A model generated the notes under the pieces. The model did not search any database. It was given only the letters and a program-made list of their open reading frames with translations, and was not told the origin of the DNA. DNA of 64,000 nucleotides, taken from positions 18,793 through 82,792 of the forward strand of contig JAXGQX010000005.1 of NCBI GenBank assembly GCA_040766225.1, given 5' to 3'. The translations under genes were made by a program, and so were the position numbers. Position 1 is the first letter of the stretch. Each line of letters opens with the position of its first letter. Below are positions 27,375-38,589 of the stretch, piece by piece. The stretch is from Bacillota bacterium (GTDB lineage: Bacteria > Bacillota > Sulfobacillia > Fermentithermobacillales > Fermentithermobacillaceae).

Positions 27375-28700
27375 CTACATATCCTCGACGACTTCTTCAG
27401 CGAAGCTTGTCCCGTCTCCTTCGTAGTCTACTCCCAGAAGACCGGCGACAGTAACGCCAAGATCGGCGAATGAAGGTCGTTCGGCCAGCGTAAGTCCTCT
27501 CTTCAGACGATGCCCCGCCATCATCACAGGTACATACTCCCGCGAGTGATCGGTACTGGGAGTTGTCGGGTCACATCCGTGATCTGCGGTAATGACCAGG
27601 ACATCCTCCGGGCCCAAGCCGCCAAGAAGGGAAGGTACTTCGCTATCGAACTCAATCAGCGCGCGGGCGTACCCGACAGGGTCGTTTCGATGACCGTACA
27701 GCGAATCGAAGTCCACCAGGTTCGCCATCACCAGTTGACGGCCCTGGGGAGGCACAACTGGAGGCACTTGTCCTCTCATTTCACGCAGGACCGCTCCCAC
27801 GCCCTCGCTGTTGCTCTTGGTGTGGATGGCTCTGTCAATGCCGTATCCTGCGAAAATGTCCTCGATCTTGCCTATGGCGGTGACGGTGACTCCGGACCTC
27901 TGCGCGTAGTCCAGCAGAGTAGGACGCGGAGGAGCAACGGAGAAGTCCCTTCGGTTGGCAGTGCGGACATACCTAGTGGGTGTGGTGAGTGTCTTGGCAG
28001 ACGAACTGGAGAGGGGTTCGACCGGCCCGACTGCCGACTCGGTGGCTGGCCCAACCGACGGCCCCACCATCGGCCCAACCAATGGCCCGACCATCGGCCC
28101 CACAAACGGCCTCGCTATCACCCTGGCCAGGGCGGTCGGCTCCGGGAACAGCTCGCGTGCCATGCGACACCACTCGTAGAGGGTTTCCAGGGGGACCACC
28201 TCTTCGTGGCAAGCGATCTGAAAAACGCTGTCCGCGGAGGTGTAGACGATGGGATGCCCGGTGGCGACGTGCTCCGGACCCAGCTCTTGGATTATCTCAG
28301 TCCCTGAAGCAGGCTTGTTGCCCAGTACCCGCCGGCCGATGTGCCGCTCAAACGCTGTGATTATGTCCGACGGAAAGCCATCCGGATAGGTTTTGAACGG
28401 CTCTGACAACACGACCCCCGCGAGTTCCCAGTGCCCTGTGGTCGTATCCTTGCCGGGCGATCGCTCGGCCATCTTGCAGCAGACTCCCATAGGTGACGCC
28501 GGAGGGGTACCTGGGATGGAAGTGAGGTTGCCGATGCCGAGAGCACCCAGATTGGGCAACGTCAACCCGGACTCCAGGCGCCTAGCCAAATTCCCCAGAG
28601 TATCGGACCCCTCATCCCCATACAAATGGGCGTCAGGCAACTGCCCGACGCCCACGCTATCCAAAATCACAAGGAAAACGCGCTTGACGTGCGTCAACAC
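27375..28700 (-). CDS. deoB: Phosphopentomutase
   Basis: [62 protein letters not shown]. Confidence 0.96.
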   Translation of the reverse strand: MLTHVKRVFLVILDSVGVGQLPDAHLYGDEGSDTLGNLARRLESGLTLPNLGALGIGNLTSIPGTPPASPMGVCCKMAERSPGKDTTTGHWELAGVVLSEPFKTYPDGFPSDIITAFERHIGRRVLGNKPASGTEIIQELGPEHVATGHPIVYTSADSVFQIACHEEVVPLETLYEWCRMARELFPEPTALARVIARPFVGPMVGPLVGPMVGPSVGPATESAVGPVEPLSSSSAKTLTTPTRYVRTANRRDFSVAPPRPTLLDYAQRSGVTVTAIGKIEDIFAGYGIDRAIHTKSNSEGVGAVLREMRGQVPPVVPPQGRQLVMANLVDFDSLYGHRNDPVGYARALIEFDSEVPSLLGGLGPEDVLVITADHGCDPTTPSTDHSREYVPVMMAGHRLKRGLTLAERPSFADLGVTVAGLLGVDYEGDGTSFAEEVVEDM

Positions 28701-28701
28701 C

Positions 28702-30369
28702 CTACACCACGTTCAGAACGCAGGTGACCAGCGGCCGCCGCCCCGTCTCGCTCCTCAAGTACCGCTGGAGACTCAGTGCAAGTTCCTCCTCAATCACCGA
28801 CTTCCTGGCAAGGGACTCCCTCGCCAAGGTGCTTAGGAAATCCTTCGAGCGTGCCGCCAGTTCCGAGGTAAGCTCCTCGCCCCGGGCGTTCCTGCTGTAG
28901 CCCGCCGTGCGCACAACCGGTTCGCACAAGAGCTGCCCGGTCTCCCCCGATAGACTGCACGTCACGAACACGGCGCCCGACTCGCTGATAAACCGCCGCT
29001 CCTTGAGCACGGTGTCCCCGACTTCGCCGATGCCTGCCCCGTCGATCATGACCGCTCTGGTCTGCACGGAGCCCACTATCTGGCCTTCCTCCGGAGTTAG
29101 GCGGAAGATGGAACCGTTCTCCCCGATTAGCACATTGGCGGGTGGAACACCCGTCGCCACGGCTAACTCGGCGTGAATTATGAGGTGTCTGTACTCACCG
29201 TGCACCGGGATGAAGAACTTGGGACGCGTGAGGTTCAACATGATTTTCTGCTCTTCCTGGCTTGCGTGCCCGGACACGTGGACCTTGGATTCCGGGGTGT
29301 ATATGACCTTGGCGCCACGCCTGAACAGGTTGTCGACCACACGCGAAACCATAGTCTCATTGCCCGGGACAGGGGACGCCGCCATGATGACAACATCGCC
29401 CTCGACTATCTCGACTTTCCGATGTTCTCCCGCGGCCATTCGGGAAAGCGCCGACAGGGGCTCTCCTTGGCTTCCGGTGGAGATAACGACCATACGCGAC
29501 AAAGGGTATTTCCCCACATCGGCAACGTCGATCATGGTCCCCATGGGCACCTTTAAGTGCCCCATAGCCAACGCGACCTCTACCACGGTCTCCATGCTTC
29601 TCCCGACAACTGCCACTTTTCTACCGTACCGGTACGCGGCGTCAATCACTTGCTGAATCCTTGGCACGTTTGAGGCGAACGTGGTCAGGATGATTCGCCC
29701 TTGCGCTCTGTAGAAAACCTCGGACAACGATTCGCCCACAACCCGCTCCGATTCGGTGAACCCGGGACGATCGGCATGGGTGCTGTCAGACAGAAGAGCA
29801 AGGACGCCGCGTTCTCCGGCCTCCGCCAGCAGACTGTAGTCAGTCGTCTCCCCATCCACGGGAGTCTGGTCCAACTTGAAGTCGCCGGTGTGGATAATAG
29901 TCCCGGCGGGGGTGCCGATGATTAGCCCGACCGCGTCCGAGACCGAATGGGTAACCCTAAAGAACTGAACTTGGATGCATCCGAAATTGACGATGTCTCT
30001 CGGCGCAACGACCCGGAAGTCGAAATCGCCTTCGAACAGCTCATCCATCTTTCGTCTGGCCAACCCCAAAGTCAGCCTGGTCCCATAGACCGGCACGTTC
30101 ACGTCCTTCAAGACGTAGGGCAACGCGCCCACGTGATCTTCGTGCCCGTGGGTCAGGATAATGGCCCGAATCCGGTCTCGCCTCTCTACTAGGTAGGAGA
30201 CATCTGGGATCACCAAATCGACGCCCGGCATGTCCTCTTCAGGAAAAGACAGGCCGCAATCGATAACGATGGCGTCGGGGCCGCACTCCAGGAGCATCAG
30301 GTTCTTCCCTATCTCCCCGAGTCCACCCAGAGGAATCAATCTTACTTCTCTCATGTTTTTTATCACCAA
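28702..30369 (-). CDS. rnj: Ribonuclease J
   Basis: [43 protein letters not shown]. Confidence 0.96.
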   Translation of the reverse strand: MVIKNMREVRLIPLGGLGEIGKNLMLLECGPDAIVIDCGLSFPEEDMPGVDLVIPDVSYLVERRDRIRAIILTHGHEDHVGALPYVLKDVNVPVYGTRLTLGLARRKMDELFEGDFDFRVVAPRDIVNFGCIQVQFFRVTHSVSDAVGLIIGTPAGTIIHTGDFKLDQTPVDGETTDYSLLAEAGERGVLALLSDSTHADRPGFTESERVVGESLSEVFYRAQGRIILTTFASNVPRIQQVIDAAYRYGRKVAVVGRSMETVVEVALAMGHLKVPMGTMIDVADVGKYPLSRMVVISTGSQGEPLSALSRMAAGEHRKVEIVEGDVVIMAASPVPGNETMVSRVVDNLFRRGAKVIYTPESKVHVSGHASQEEQKIMLNLTRPKFFIPVHGEYRHLIIHAELAVATGVPPANVLIGENGSIFRLTPEEGQIVGSVQTRAVMIDGAGIGEVGDTVLKERRFISESGAVFVTCSLSGETGQLLCEPVVRTAGYSRNARGEELTSELAARSKDFLSTLARESLARKSVIEEELALSLQRYLRSETGRRPLVTCVLNVV

Positions 30370-30468
30370 TTAGGTAGTATAGCCTGTCTTGGTTATCCGT
30401 GCCAGTCTGCCATGTTCACCCAAAATCGCCAAGCCTTCTCGCTGCCCTTGGAACGGCACTAATGAATG

Positions 30469-30491
30469 AAGGCGGTCCCGAAGGACCGCCA
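30469..30491 (-). terminator. Hairpin terminator after the general-stress-like gene
   Basis: GGCGGTCC-cgaa-GGACCGCC; TTCATTCATT follows on the minus strand. Confidence 0.6.
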
Positions 30492-30507
30492 TCCGACATC
30501 CGCTATC

Positions 30508-30987
30508 TTAGTGAGACTCCACGTCCTTGGCTCCGTTCTGGCGGAAAACTTCAGAGGCCTCTTCGACCTTGTCATCATCCGCCTTTACCAGGGCAACGAT
30601 CTTCCCCGACCTGACGTGTTCCTCATAGCGACGCCCGGCTTCTTCTGGGATACCCCAGTCGATCAGGCCTCCCGCGATTCCACCGGTTACCGCTCCGCTC
30701 AGGGCGGCGGCAATAGGACCGGCTGCTACGATGGGACCGATTCCCGGAATAGCCAATGCGCCTACACCCGCCAACAGCCCCGCGGCTCCACCTATGGCGC
30801 CGCCTGTGGCGACACCTCCGGTGATAGATGAACCGCCATCGTCACGGCGGCCACCTTCTCGGCCGCGCGAGGACTCCCTGGCGACGATGGATATTTCCTT
30901 CTTGTCGAACCCCTTCTTTTGGAGCTCGTCGGCTGCACGTTCGGCCTGATGGGTATCGTCGAACACTCCCAGAACCGTCTTGGACAT
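30508..30987 (-). CDS. General stress protein 17M/YflT-like membrane protein
   Basis: VLGVFDDTHQAERAADEL...GALAIPGIGPIVAAGPIAAAL...GIPEEAGRRYEEHVRSG. Confidence 0.8.
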   Translation of the reverse strand: MSKTVLGVFDDTHQAERAADELQKKGFDKKEISIVARESSRGREGGRRDDGGSSITGGVATGGAIGGAAGLLAGVGALAIPGIGPIVAAGPIAAALSGAVTGGIAGGLIDWGIPEEAGRRYEEHVRSGKIVALVKADDDKVEEASEVFRQNGAKDVESH

Positions 30988-31113
30988 AAGTTCTAGCACC
31001 TCCAAAGCGTGATGTCCGGACTATTGTCTCCTTAAAGGCTCGGCGGAATTCGCCAAAAGGCGTTGCTCTATGTCTCATAAAGATGCGACTAGAGCCATAT
31101 GTACAAGTAGGAG

Positions 31114-31446
31114 GTGCATCCTGTGCTGAAGGCAGTCCTGATAGCAGCCTTGGTTCTCTTGGCCCTTTACATCTCGATGGGACTGAGAGTAACCCGGATT
31201 CAAAACATGAGGAAACGCGCCGCTAGTTACGAGGAAGTTTCCTCTCCTCTCGGGCAGGCCATAAAGGACTTCGTCACAGTGTCCGGCGGGGTCTACCTCG
31301 GCCTGATGGCTCTAGCGGAGTTCCTCAAAGTGCCCGTCCCGATTCAGGCAAACCTGTGGGGAACGACTCTGGACCCAATAGCCCTGTTCGCCGTCTGCCT
31401 GGCGATAATCGTGCCGGCGCTCCCGTTCGGGAAAGGTAGGTTCTAA
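31114..31446 (+). CDS. Hypothetical membrane protein
   Basis: Three hydrophobic segments, SPLGQAIKDFVTVSGGVYLGL; RBS AGGAGG. Confidence 0.65.
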   Translation: MHPVLKAVLIAALVLLALYISMGLRVTRIQNMRKRAASYEEVSSPLGQAIKDFVTVSGGVYLGLMALAEFLKVPVPIQANLWGTTLDPIALFAVCLAIIVPALPFGKGRF

Positions 31447-31532
31447 GAAAGGCGTACAGCGCTGAAAAACGCGTGCTCAGAGCAGACGGGCGACGCAGCT
31501 TCCAGCCAAACAAAAAGCAGGCTCTTTGCCTG

Positions 31533-31748
31533 CTATCTCGTGATAACCTGAGGTATCTTTTTCTTCGCTTGAATCGTGAGCCACCTGATAATCAACTGGT
31601 CCAGGGATGAACTCGTCGCGCCCGCGGCTTGGATCGTCTCTCTGCTATAGTGATCCCCGATCTGCTTGCTCAGCTCACCGCGCAGCGCTTCGATTTGAGC
31701 GTGAAGCTCTTCTTCGCTGCTTGGCATGAATCCCGTCAAACCCCCCAA
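31533..31748 (-). CDS. Spo0E-like aspartyl-phosphate phosphatase family protein
   Basis: LHAQIEALRGEL...SSSLDQLIIRW resembles the Spo0E SQELD helix; a terminator (AGCAGGC..GCCTGCTTTTT) follows. Confidence 0.55.
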   Translation of the reverse strand: MGGLTGFMPSSEEELHAQIEALRGELSKQIGDHYSRETIQAAGATSSSLDQLIIRWLTIQAKKKIPQVITR

Positions 31749-31849
31749 CCGCTCCGTTACGCTACTCCCGAATTATACGATCTGCTCTCCAAGAATGGAA
31801 GCTTTACGACAGGATTCTGGAAGGTATTTTTAAGCCTCCTGCCTGGGGT

Positions 31850-32719
31850 TTAACCGTGAGCACCAGCGTGCGGGGCACGCAGATTTTTGACAGCTTCCAC
31901 ACTAGCCTTGGCGACATCCGGGGTATCGAAAGGGGTCTCAAGAAGTCCGGGAAGGTCCGGCGGGAGCTTTGAACTGTTGATCAGCGCCGCGAGACCGGGA
32001 GTCCCGATTCGACCCAGACCTATCCTCTCATGCCGGTCCAGATGCCCGCCCAGCTCGCTCTTGCAGTCATTCAGGTGTACCGCTCCAAGGTTCGACAGTC
32101 CAATGGTGCCGTCGAAAAGGTCCAATACCGAGTCGACATCTTCCGGCGTCCGAAGGTCGTACCCCGCGGCGAAGGCGTGACAGGTATCAAGACACGCGCC
32201 TACCCTGTCCTTAGGGAGGGAGGCAAGGATGGAAGCAAGAGCTTCAAGAGACGTCCCGACCTCCTGTCCCTGCCCTGCGGTATTCTCCAAAAGGATCTTC
32301 ACCGGCCCCGAATAGCGGCTCAACACGTCTTCTAGGCTGAGGACCACCCTCGTGAGGGGTTCAACGGAATCAAGGGTCTCTTCTTTTCCTTTGTGACCCA
32401 AGTGGGTCACCAGGTACCTAGCCCCGAGCGTTTCGGCGCGGTTCAGGTCCTCGACGAGAACATCCTTGGAGTATCCGAGCTTGTCGGCGTCGGAGGAAGC
32501 CAAGTTGAGAAAGTAGGGAACGTGCACCACTACGGGCCAGATGTCGCGTTCCTTGAAGATGGCCTTCATCTCTGCGACATCCGGCTCCGAAAACTCCTTG
32601 GCCTTGCCGCCCCTGGGGCTGCGGGAGAAGATCTGTACTGCCTCGCACCCCAGGTCGACGGCGTTCTGAGCCATCTTAGCCATTCCGCCTGCTATTGAGA
32701 TGTGAATGCCCAGCCTCAT
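31850..32719 (-). CDS. nfo: Endonuclease IV
   Basis: GIHISIAGG, HVPYFLNLAS, LLENTAGQG, CLDTCHAFAAGYD, HLNDCK, DRHERIG, LETP. Confidence 0.95.
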   Translation of the reverse strand: MRLGIHISIAGGMAKMAQNAVDLGCEAVQIFSRSPRGGKAKEFSEPDVAEMKAIFKERDIWPVVVHVPYFLNLASSDADKLGYSKDVLVEDLNRAETLGARYLVTHLGHKGKEETLDSVEPLTRVVLSLEDVLSRYSGPVKILLENTAGQGQEVGTSLEALASILASLPKDRVGACLDTCHAFAAGYDLRTPEDVDSVLDLFDGTIGLSNLGAVHLNDCKSELGGHLDRHERIGLGRIGTPGLAALINSSKLPPDLPGLLETPFDTPDVAKASVEAVKNLRAPHAGAHG

Positions 32720-32722
32720 CGT

Positions 32723-34900
32723 TTAGCGGCTGTTCTTTCCACCGCGGTCGTCTCTGCGAAAAGGTCTTCTGGGCCTATCGCCGTTCCTATCCCGTTGCGG
32801 TGCCGGAGCTCCACCCATCGCCTGGCGGCGTGATAGGTTGACCCGGCCCATATGGTCGATCTCGATCACCTTGACGACCACTTCATCTCCTATGTTCAGG
32901 ACGTCCTCGACGCGGTTTAGCCGCTCTTCAGCGATCTCGCCTATCCTCACAAGCCCTTCTTTGCCGGGGAGGATCTCGACGAACGCTCCGAAGTTGGTCA
33001 CTCGCGTCACTTTGCCGGTATAGACCCTTCCGACTTCAACGTCGCGCGTCAGGTTCTCCACAATGTCCCTGGCCTTTTCTCCGCTGGCCATATCGGGAGC
33101 GGCGATGAACACGCGGCCGTCCTGTTCAATGTCGATCTTCACGCCGGTCTCGGCGGTGATCTTGTTGATGGTCTTGCCTCCCGGCCCGATTACGTCCCGG
33201 ATCTTTTCGGGGTCTATGTTGACCACTAGGATCCTGGGAGCGTACTCGGAGAGGTTCCCTCGGGCTTCGGGGATGGTGGCAAGCATCTTATCCAGGATGA
33301 AAAGCCTGGCGGCTTTGGCTCTCTCAAGGGCCGTGCCGAGAATCTCCCTGGTGACACCAGCTATCTTGATATCCATCTGGAGGGCGGTTACGCCTTCCCG
33401 GGTGCCTGCGACCTTAAAGTCCATGTCGCCTAGGGCATCTTCCATCCCCTGAATGTCTGTCAGCACAACAGCCTTTTCGGACCCCTTGATAAGCCCCATG
33501 GCGATTCCGGCGACCGGCGCCTTGATGGGCACGCCGGCATCCATCAAAGACAAGGTACTTCCGCAAACCGAAGCCATCGAAGTGGATCCGTTGGACTCCA
33601 ATACTTCCGAGACGATGCGGACTGTGTAGGGGAACTCCTCTTCCCCGGGAATGACCGGCAAAAGCGCCCTTTCGGCCAAAGCGCCGTGCCCGATCTCCCG
33701 GCGTCCGGGACCCCTAAGCGGCCTGGTCTCGCCTACAGAGTAAGGCGGGAAGTTGTAGTGATGGAGATACCTCTTGAACTCCTCCACCCCGGTAGTATCC
33801 AACTCCTGGATGTCACCCTTGGCTCCAAGGGTGGCTATGCTCATGACCTGGGTCTGTCCCCGGGTGAAAATTGCTGAGCCGTGAACCCTCGGAAGCACCT
33901 GGACTTCGCAACTGATCTGCCTGATCTCGTCCGGTTGACGCCCGTCGGGCCTCTTCCCGGTCTCAAGGATCATGCTGCGGACCTCTTCCTTGAGGACGTC
34001 GTGGAACGCGGTTCCGATCTCGGATTCTTTCTCAGGGAAATCCACGACTACCTGGTCCAGCACTTCCTGGAAGACATCGTCCAGAGCAGACTCCCTGGAT
34101 AGCTTCTCTTCGACCCGAATGGCCTGCCTCAGCTTGGGAACCGCGAGTTCGCGGACCTTGGCCTGAACATCCTGGTCGGGAAGGTAGACGGGCAACTCCA
34201 GCTTGGGCTTCCCAATTTCCGATGCGATCTTGAGCTGGAACTCACAGAGCCTCTTGATCTCCTCATGACCGAACATGATGGCGTCAACCATGCGCTCCTC
34301 CGGTATCTGATTGGCGCCTGCTTCCACCATCAAGACGGCGTCCTTGGTCCCCGCCACGGTGAGGCGCAGTTCACTGGCCTCGGTCTCACGCACGTTGGGG
34401 TTGATGACGAAGTTGCCGTCCACGAGCCCGACCTCAACGCCCGCTATAGGACCGTTGAACGGGATATCGCTGACAGTCAGAGCCGCAGAGGCCCCTACCA
34501 TGCCCACGATCTCCGGTGAAAAGTCGTGCTCGATAGCCAAAGGCATTACGACGATTTGGACTTCGTTTCGAAGCCCCTTCGGGAAAAGCGGCCGAATCGG
34601 CCTGTCTGTAACCCTCGCTTGAAGGATCGCCTTCTCGGGCGGTCTTCCTTCTCTGCGTCCCCAGCTACCCGGGATACGACCTACTGAGTACAAACGCTCT
34701 TCTACGTCTACAGTGAGGGGGAAGAAATCCAAGTTCTCCTTGGGTACTTTCGACACTGTCGCGGTCACCAGAACTGTGGTATCGCCGTACTTCGCTAAGA
34801 CGGCACCGTTCGCTTGTTTGGCAACTCTCCCGAACTCTAACCTAAGCGGGCGTCCTCCAAAGTCGAACTCGTATGACCTAACTCCCTCCAATGAGTACAC
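32723..34900 (-). CDS. pnp: Polyribonucleotide nucleotidyltransferase
   Basis: [40 protein letters not shown], plus KH and S1 domains. Confidence 0.98.
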   Translation of the reverse strand: MYSLEGVRSYEFDFGGRPLRLEFGRVAKQANGAVLAKYGDTTVLVTATVSKVPKENLDFFPLTVDVEERLYSVGRIPGSWGRREGRPPEKAILQARVTDRPIRPLFPKGLRNEVQIVVMPLAIEHDFSPEIVGMVGASAALTVSDIPFNGPIAGVEVGLVDGNFVINPNVRETEASELRLTVAGTKDAVLMVEAGANQIPEERMVDAIMFGHEEIKRLCEFQLKIASEIGKPKLELPVYLPDQDVQAKVRELAVPKLRQAIRVEEKLSRESALDDVFQEVLDQVVVDFPEKESEIGTAFHDVLKEEVRSMILETGKRPDGRQPDEIRQISCEVQVLPRVHGSAIFTRGQTQVMSIATLGAKGDIQELDTTGVEEFKRYLHHYNFPPYSVGETRPLRGPGRREIGHGALAERALLPVIPGEEEFPYTVRIVSEVLESNGSTSMASVCGSTLSLMDAGVPIKAPVAGIAMGLIKGSEKAVVLTDIQGMEDALGDMDFKVAGTREGVTALQMDIKIAGVTREILGTALERAKAARLFILDKMLATIPEARGNLSEYAPRILVVNIDPEKIRDVIGPGGKTINKITAETGVKIDIEQDGRVFIAAPDMASGEKARDIVENLTRDVEVGRVYTGKVTRVTNFGAFVEILPGKEGLVRIGEIAEERLNRVEDVLNIGDEVVVKVIEIDHMGRVNLSRRQAMGGAPAPQRDRNGDRPRRPFRRDDRGGKNSR

Positions 34901-34915
34901 TCCCTTCGGCCACAG

Positions 34916-35185
34916 TTAGCCTCTCAATCCCAGTCTCTCCACTATGGCCCGGTAACGATCAGGTGCTTCGCGTGTAAGATAGTTGAGGAGGGCACGACGC
35001 TGGCCGACCATTTTCAAAAGACCGCGGCGGCTGTGGTGGTCTTTCTTGTGGGCCTTTAGATGCTCAGTCAGGTAGTTAATCCTCTCGGTCAAAAGCGCGA
35101 TTTGCACTTCCGGTGAACCCGTATCCTTTTCGTGGATCTTGTACTGCTCAATGATGGCCTTCTTGCGGTCCATTTCTAAAGTCAA
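34916..35185 (-). CDS. rpsO: 30S ribosomal protein S15
   Basis: [16 protein letters not shown]...[17 protein letters not shown]; TTG 35185 after GGAGGT gives 89 aa. Confidence 0.97.
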   Translation of the reverse strand: MTLEMDRKKAIIEQYKIHEKDTGSPEVQIALLTERINYLTEHLKAHKKDHHSRRGLLKMVGQRRALLNYLTREAPDRYRAIVERLGLRG

Positions 35186-35194
35186 GTTGGAACA

Positions 35195-35270
35195 CCTCCA
35201 TGATGTGAATAAGCCCTGAACCCAGAAACCGCGCCGGAGGAGCGCAGGCCCGAGTGTCAAGGTACATTCT
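35195..35270 (-). promoter_or_regulatory. Probable S15 autoregulatory leader
   Basis: Structured 5' region (CCTTGA..CCTGCGCTCCTCCGGCGCGG..TCAGGG) directly upstream of the rpsO RBS; position matches known S15 leaders, but the fold was not computed. Confidence 0.45.
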
Positions 35271-35272
35271 GG

Positions 35273-36266
35273 CTAGAGCATTCTATCATAGGCCCCAGGC
35301 AGTGTAAACGCAGGCGATTGGCCGCACCTGGGATTGAGCCTATGGTCGGACAAGGCCGCAGCCACATCCTCCTGGACCTGAATCCTAAGAGCTTCGGCGC
35401 TGTCGAAGACCCTCTCGTCCCTCAACCTTTTCACGAAGAACACCTGCATCTTCTGTCCATACAGCTCACCTGAGAAACCGGGAATGAATACTTCCACCCT
35501 AACATCCTTACCGCCAAAGGTCGGCCTGATACCTATGTTTACAACGCTTGACTCTCCAAAATACCCCCGTGCCGCCGGCCCTTACCAAAGCAGCATACAC
35601 CCCATTTCCGGGGATCATCTTGTCCTCCGGAACAAGGATGTTCGAGGTAGGAATGCCGATACCCCGGCCTCTGCCGTCGCCATGTTCTACTGTCCCGTAG
35701 ACGCAATAGGGCCTACCGAGGCACTCCCAAGCTTGCTCTACTCTGCCCGATTCCAGGTACGCCCGGATCCTGGTGCTGGAGACCACCTCGCCTCCAGATA
35801 GGTGCGGCGGGATAACGCTAACTTTGAAGCCGTACTCATTCCCCCAGTTCACCAGGTCCGCGGGAGTGCCGCGCCCTCTGTCACCGAAGGTGAAGTTAAA
35901 ACCGCAGACCACGTGGCTTACCCTGAGGGCCTCCAGTAGGTATTTCCTGACGAAATCCAAAGGCGGAGTCTGAGCCAATTGCCTGGTGAAGGGCATCTCC
36001 CAGTATAGGTCCAGTCCGAGGTCGGAAAGAAGCTCCCGCTTCTCGTCTCTGGGCGTAAGCAAACTGACAGGGGACCTTGCCTTCATGAGAAGGTTCTTGG
36101 GGTGCGGATGAAACGTGACCACGCATACGGGCGTTCCTAATGATTTCCCAGACTGCAAGGCCTCTTTAAGCAACGCTTGGTGCCCTGTATGTACGCCATC
36201 AAAGACCCCCAGAGCCGCAACTACCTGCTCATCCTTCTCTGCTTCAGTGCCTTGAACGATTCGCAA
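35273..36266 (-). CDS. ribF: Bifunctional riboflavin kinase/FAD synthetase (frameshifted near 35510-35580)
   Basis: LGVFDGVHTGHQ, TFHPHP, SSTRIR, GDGRGRGIGIPTSN; the C-terminal VEVFIPGFSGELYG...LRDERVF is in another frame. Confidence 0.92.
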
Positions 36267-37201
36267 CCGTATCACTCTCGCGTGTAAGGACTTTTTCGTA
36301 CTTGAGCCTGCCCTTTCCGGGGTAGACAACGGCCAGCACCCGCGGAAAACCAACTGAATCCCTCTCATATGCCAGGAAGGTGCCTTGGTCTTCCCTTCGG
36401 GAAGCCACTTGTCTGTCTTCCACAAAATCTCCCGGTATAAGTTCCACTCCGTTTATGATCTTCTTTAGCGCGTAAGGCATGATTTCAAACTGGGGAAAGG
36501 CTGAGAGCGCTTTTAGCGGGTCAACCACCCCGACACGCCGGTCCCCTGCCCTGTGAGCTACTAAGAGCTCTTTGGGAGTCACCGCGTCTCGAAGGTGAAA
36601 CGCCCCTGAACTGACCCTCAAGAGATACGACACCACGGCGCCGCAGCCCAGAGCCTCTCCAAGGGATGATGCCAAGGACCGCACGTAGGTGCCCCGCCCA
36701 ACGCTCATAGAAAAGAGCCCTCTCGGAGTCCTGCCCGGCTTCCACCCCACCAACTTAAGTTCGTGCACTGCGACGCTTCTAGGTTCGATCCGGACGGAAA
36801 CACCTTCCCGGGCCAAGTCATATAGCCTGCGCCCTTTAACCTTCAGCGCCGAGTAGGCGGGCGGAACCTGCGGAATGACGCCGGTAAACTCAGGTATACG
36901 AGATAGGACGTCATCGCAAGTAAGCGTGGGCATCGTCTGTCTCGATCACATTTCCGTCCATATCGCCCGTATCCGAAGTCACGCCGAATCTGAACTCGGC
37001 GAAATACCGCTTGTCTTCTCCAAGAAAGTACTCTGACAACCGTCTGTAGGTTCCCAGCGCCAAAGGGAGCACTCCTACCGCCAAAGGGTCGAGCGTCCCC
37101 AAGTGTCCTGTGCGGTCCTCGTCAAAAACACGCCTGACAAAGAGGACCAGGTCGTGAGAGGTAATGCCCGGGGGCTTTAAGACGTTCAGAAACCCGTCCA
37201 T
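36244..37201 (-). CDS. truB: tRNA pseudouridine(55) synthase (frameshift near 36930)
   Basis: KPPGITSHD, GHLGTLDPLAVGVL; second part QVPPAYSALKVKGRRLYDLAREG and GTYVRSL. Confidence 0.93.
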
Positions 37202-38199
37202 ATATCCAACTGGTCCAACTGAGACATTACTTTGGCGGTCACTTCTTCGATTGTCCCCTCAATGAAAGCCCCGGCGGCTCGCGGATGCCCTCCCCCGCCT
37301 AAGGACTGGGCAACGGCGGCGACGTCCACCACTGAGCGAGAGCGGAAGCTCACGTGAACCTTGCCGGGCTCATCCGCTTCCTTGAAGAACAAGGACACCT
37401 CAACTCCGGATATGGACCTGGGATATCCGATTATCCCCTCGGTCTCGTCAGATGAGGCTCCGGAAGCCCTAATCATCTCTTGAGTGAGGCTGACGACAGC
37501 TATCTTGCCGCCGTGATATAGCTTCAGGGTGGACAAAGCCCGTGCGAGCAGCATGATGGAAGACACTGTCCTAGTCTCGTAAACCAAGTCGAAGATCTCC
37601 GAACCGTTGACTCCCTTGTCCAAGAGCTCCGCTGCCAGGATATGTGTCTCCTTGCCGGTGTTCTGATACCGAAACCCTCCGGTGTCAGTGACTATGGCCA
37701 CATACAGACAGGTGGCGATGTCCTTGTCTACCGGCACTTCCAGAGCGTTTATGATGTCGTACACCAATTCGCCCGTAGCGGCGGCATTGGGGTTCACGAG
37801 GTTAACGACGCCGAAATAGGAGTTGGAGACGTGGTGGTCGATATTCACCCAGACCTTGTCCTTGGCAAACTCCAGACCCCGGCCCGCCCGTTCCGGATCG
37901 GTGCAATCCAAGAAGATGGCCACCTGCGGACAAAAATCTTCGGGTTTCAGGTATCCCGCCCTGCTGTGAAATCGCCTTCCGGGGAGGAAGTCGTACACGG
38001 CGGGATGGGAATCATCGGACACAAGCAGGGCATGCTTTCCCAGGATTCGTAAGGCCTGCACGAGCGCCAGACCCGAGCCGACGCAATCGCCGTCGGGTTT
38101 CTGGTGCTCGAGCAGGACGAAGCTGTCGTGCCGGCGGATGACCTTCACGACTTCCAAAACCGAGTCCTTAAGGTTCGCAGGTTCCTCTCTAGCCTTCAT
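37186..38199 (-). CDS. nrnA: DHH/DHHA1 phosphoesterase (NrnA-like oligoribonuclease/pAp phosphatase)
   Basis: HQKPDGDCVGS, NIDHH, DTGGF, VSFRS, GGGGHPRAAG. Confidence 0.92.
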   Translation of the reverse strand: MKAREEPANLKDSVLEVVKVIRRHDSFVLLEHQKPDGDCVGSGLALVQALRILGKHALLVSDDSHPAVYDFLPGRRFHSRAGYLKPEDFCPQVAIFLDCTDPERAGRGLEFAKDKVWVNIDHHVSNSYFGVVNLVNPNAAATGELVYDIINALEVPVDKDIATCLYVAIVTDTGGFRYQNTGKETHILAAELLDKGVNGSEIFDLVYETRTVSSIMLLARALSTLKLYHGGKIAVVSLTQEMIRASGASSDETEGIIGYPRSISGVEVSLFFKEADEPGKVHVSFRSRSVVDVAAVAQSLGGGGHPRAAGAFIEGTIEEVTAKVMSQLDQLDIWTGF

Positions 38200-38566
38200 G
38201 CTCCCCGCTATCCTTCTCTGGGTTCTGCGAATCCTGCGCTTCTTTGAGAAGCCTGGATATGTGGATGCTGTGCTCTATCCCTTGGTCAAGAACGAACTGG
38301 ATCTCAGGAGCGTGACGCATCCCCAAGGCTTTGGCGATCTCGGACCGGATCAACCCTTGAGCGCTCCTGAGTCCTTCCATGGTCCTTGTCTTTTCCTCTT
38401 CTGTCCCCATCACGCTGACACGAATCTTCGCCAGCGAAATATCACGGGTCACTTCCACCGTCACTATGCTGACGAAACCAATGCGTGGGTCTTTGACCCT
38501 GCGCGACAACAATTCCGATACTACCTCTTGAATAAGCGCGGCGGCGCGCTCTTGCCTCTGCGCCAC
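38189..38566 (-). CDS. rbfA: Ribosome-binding factor A
   Basis: VKDPRIGFVSIVTVEVTRDISLAKI...MRHAPEIQFVLD. Confidence 0.95.
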   Translation of the reverse strand: MAQRQERAAALIQEVVSELLSRRVKDPRIGFVSIVTVEVTRDISLAKIRVSVMGTEEEKTRTMEGLRSAQGLIRSEIAKALGMRHAPEIQFVLDQGIEHSIHISRLLKEAQDSQNPEKDSGEHEG

Positions 38567-38589
38567 AAAGACCACCTCATCGGAAAGAC

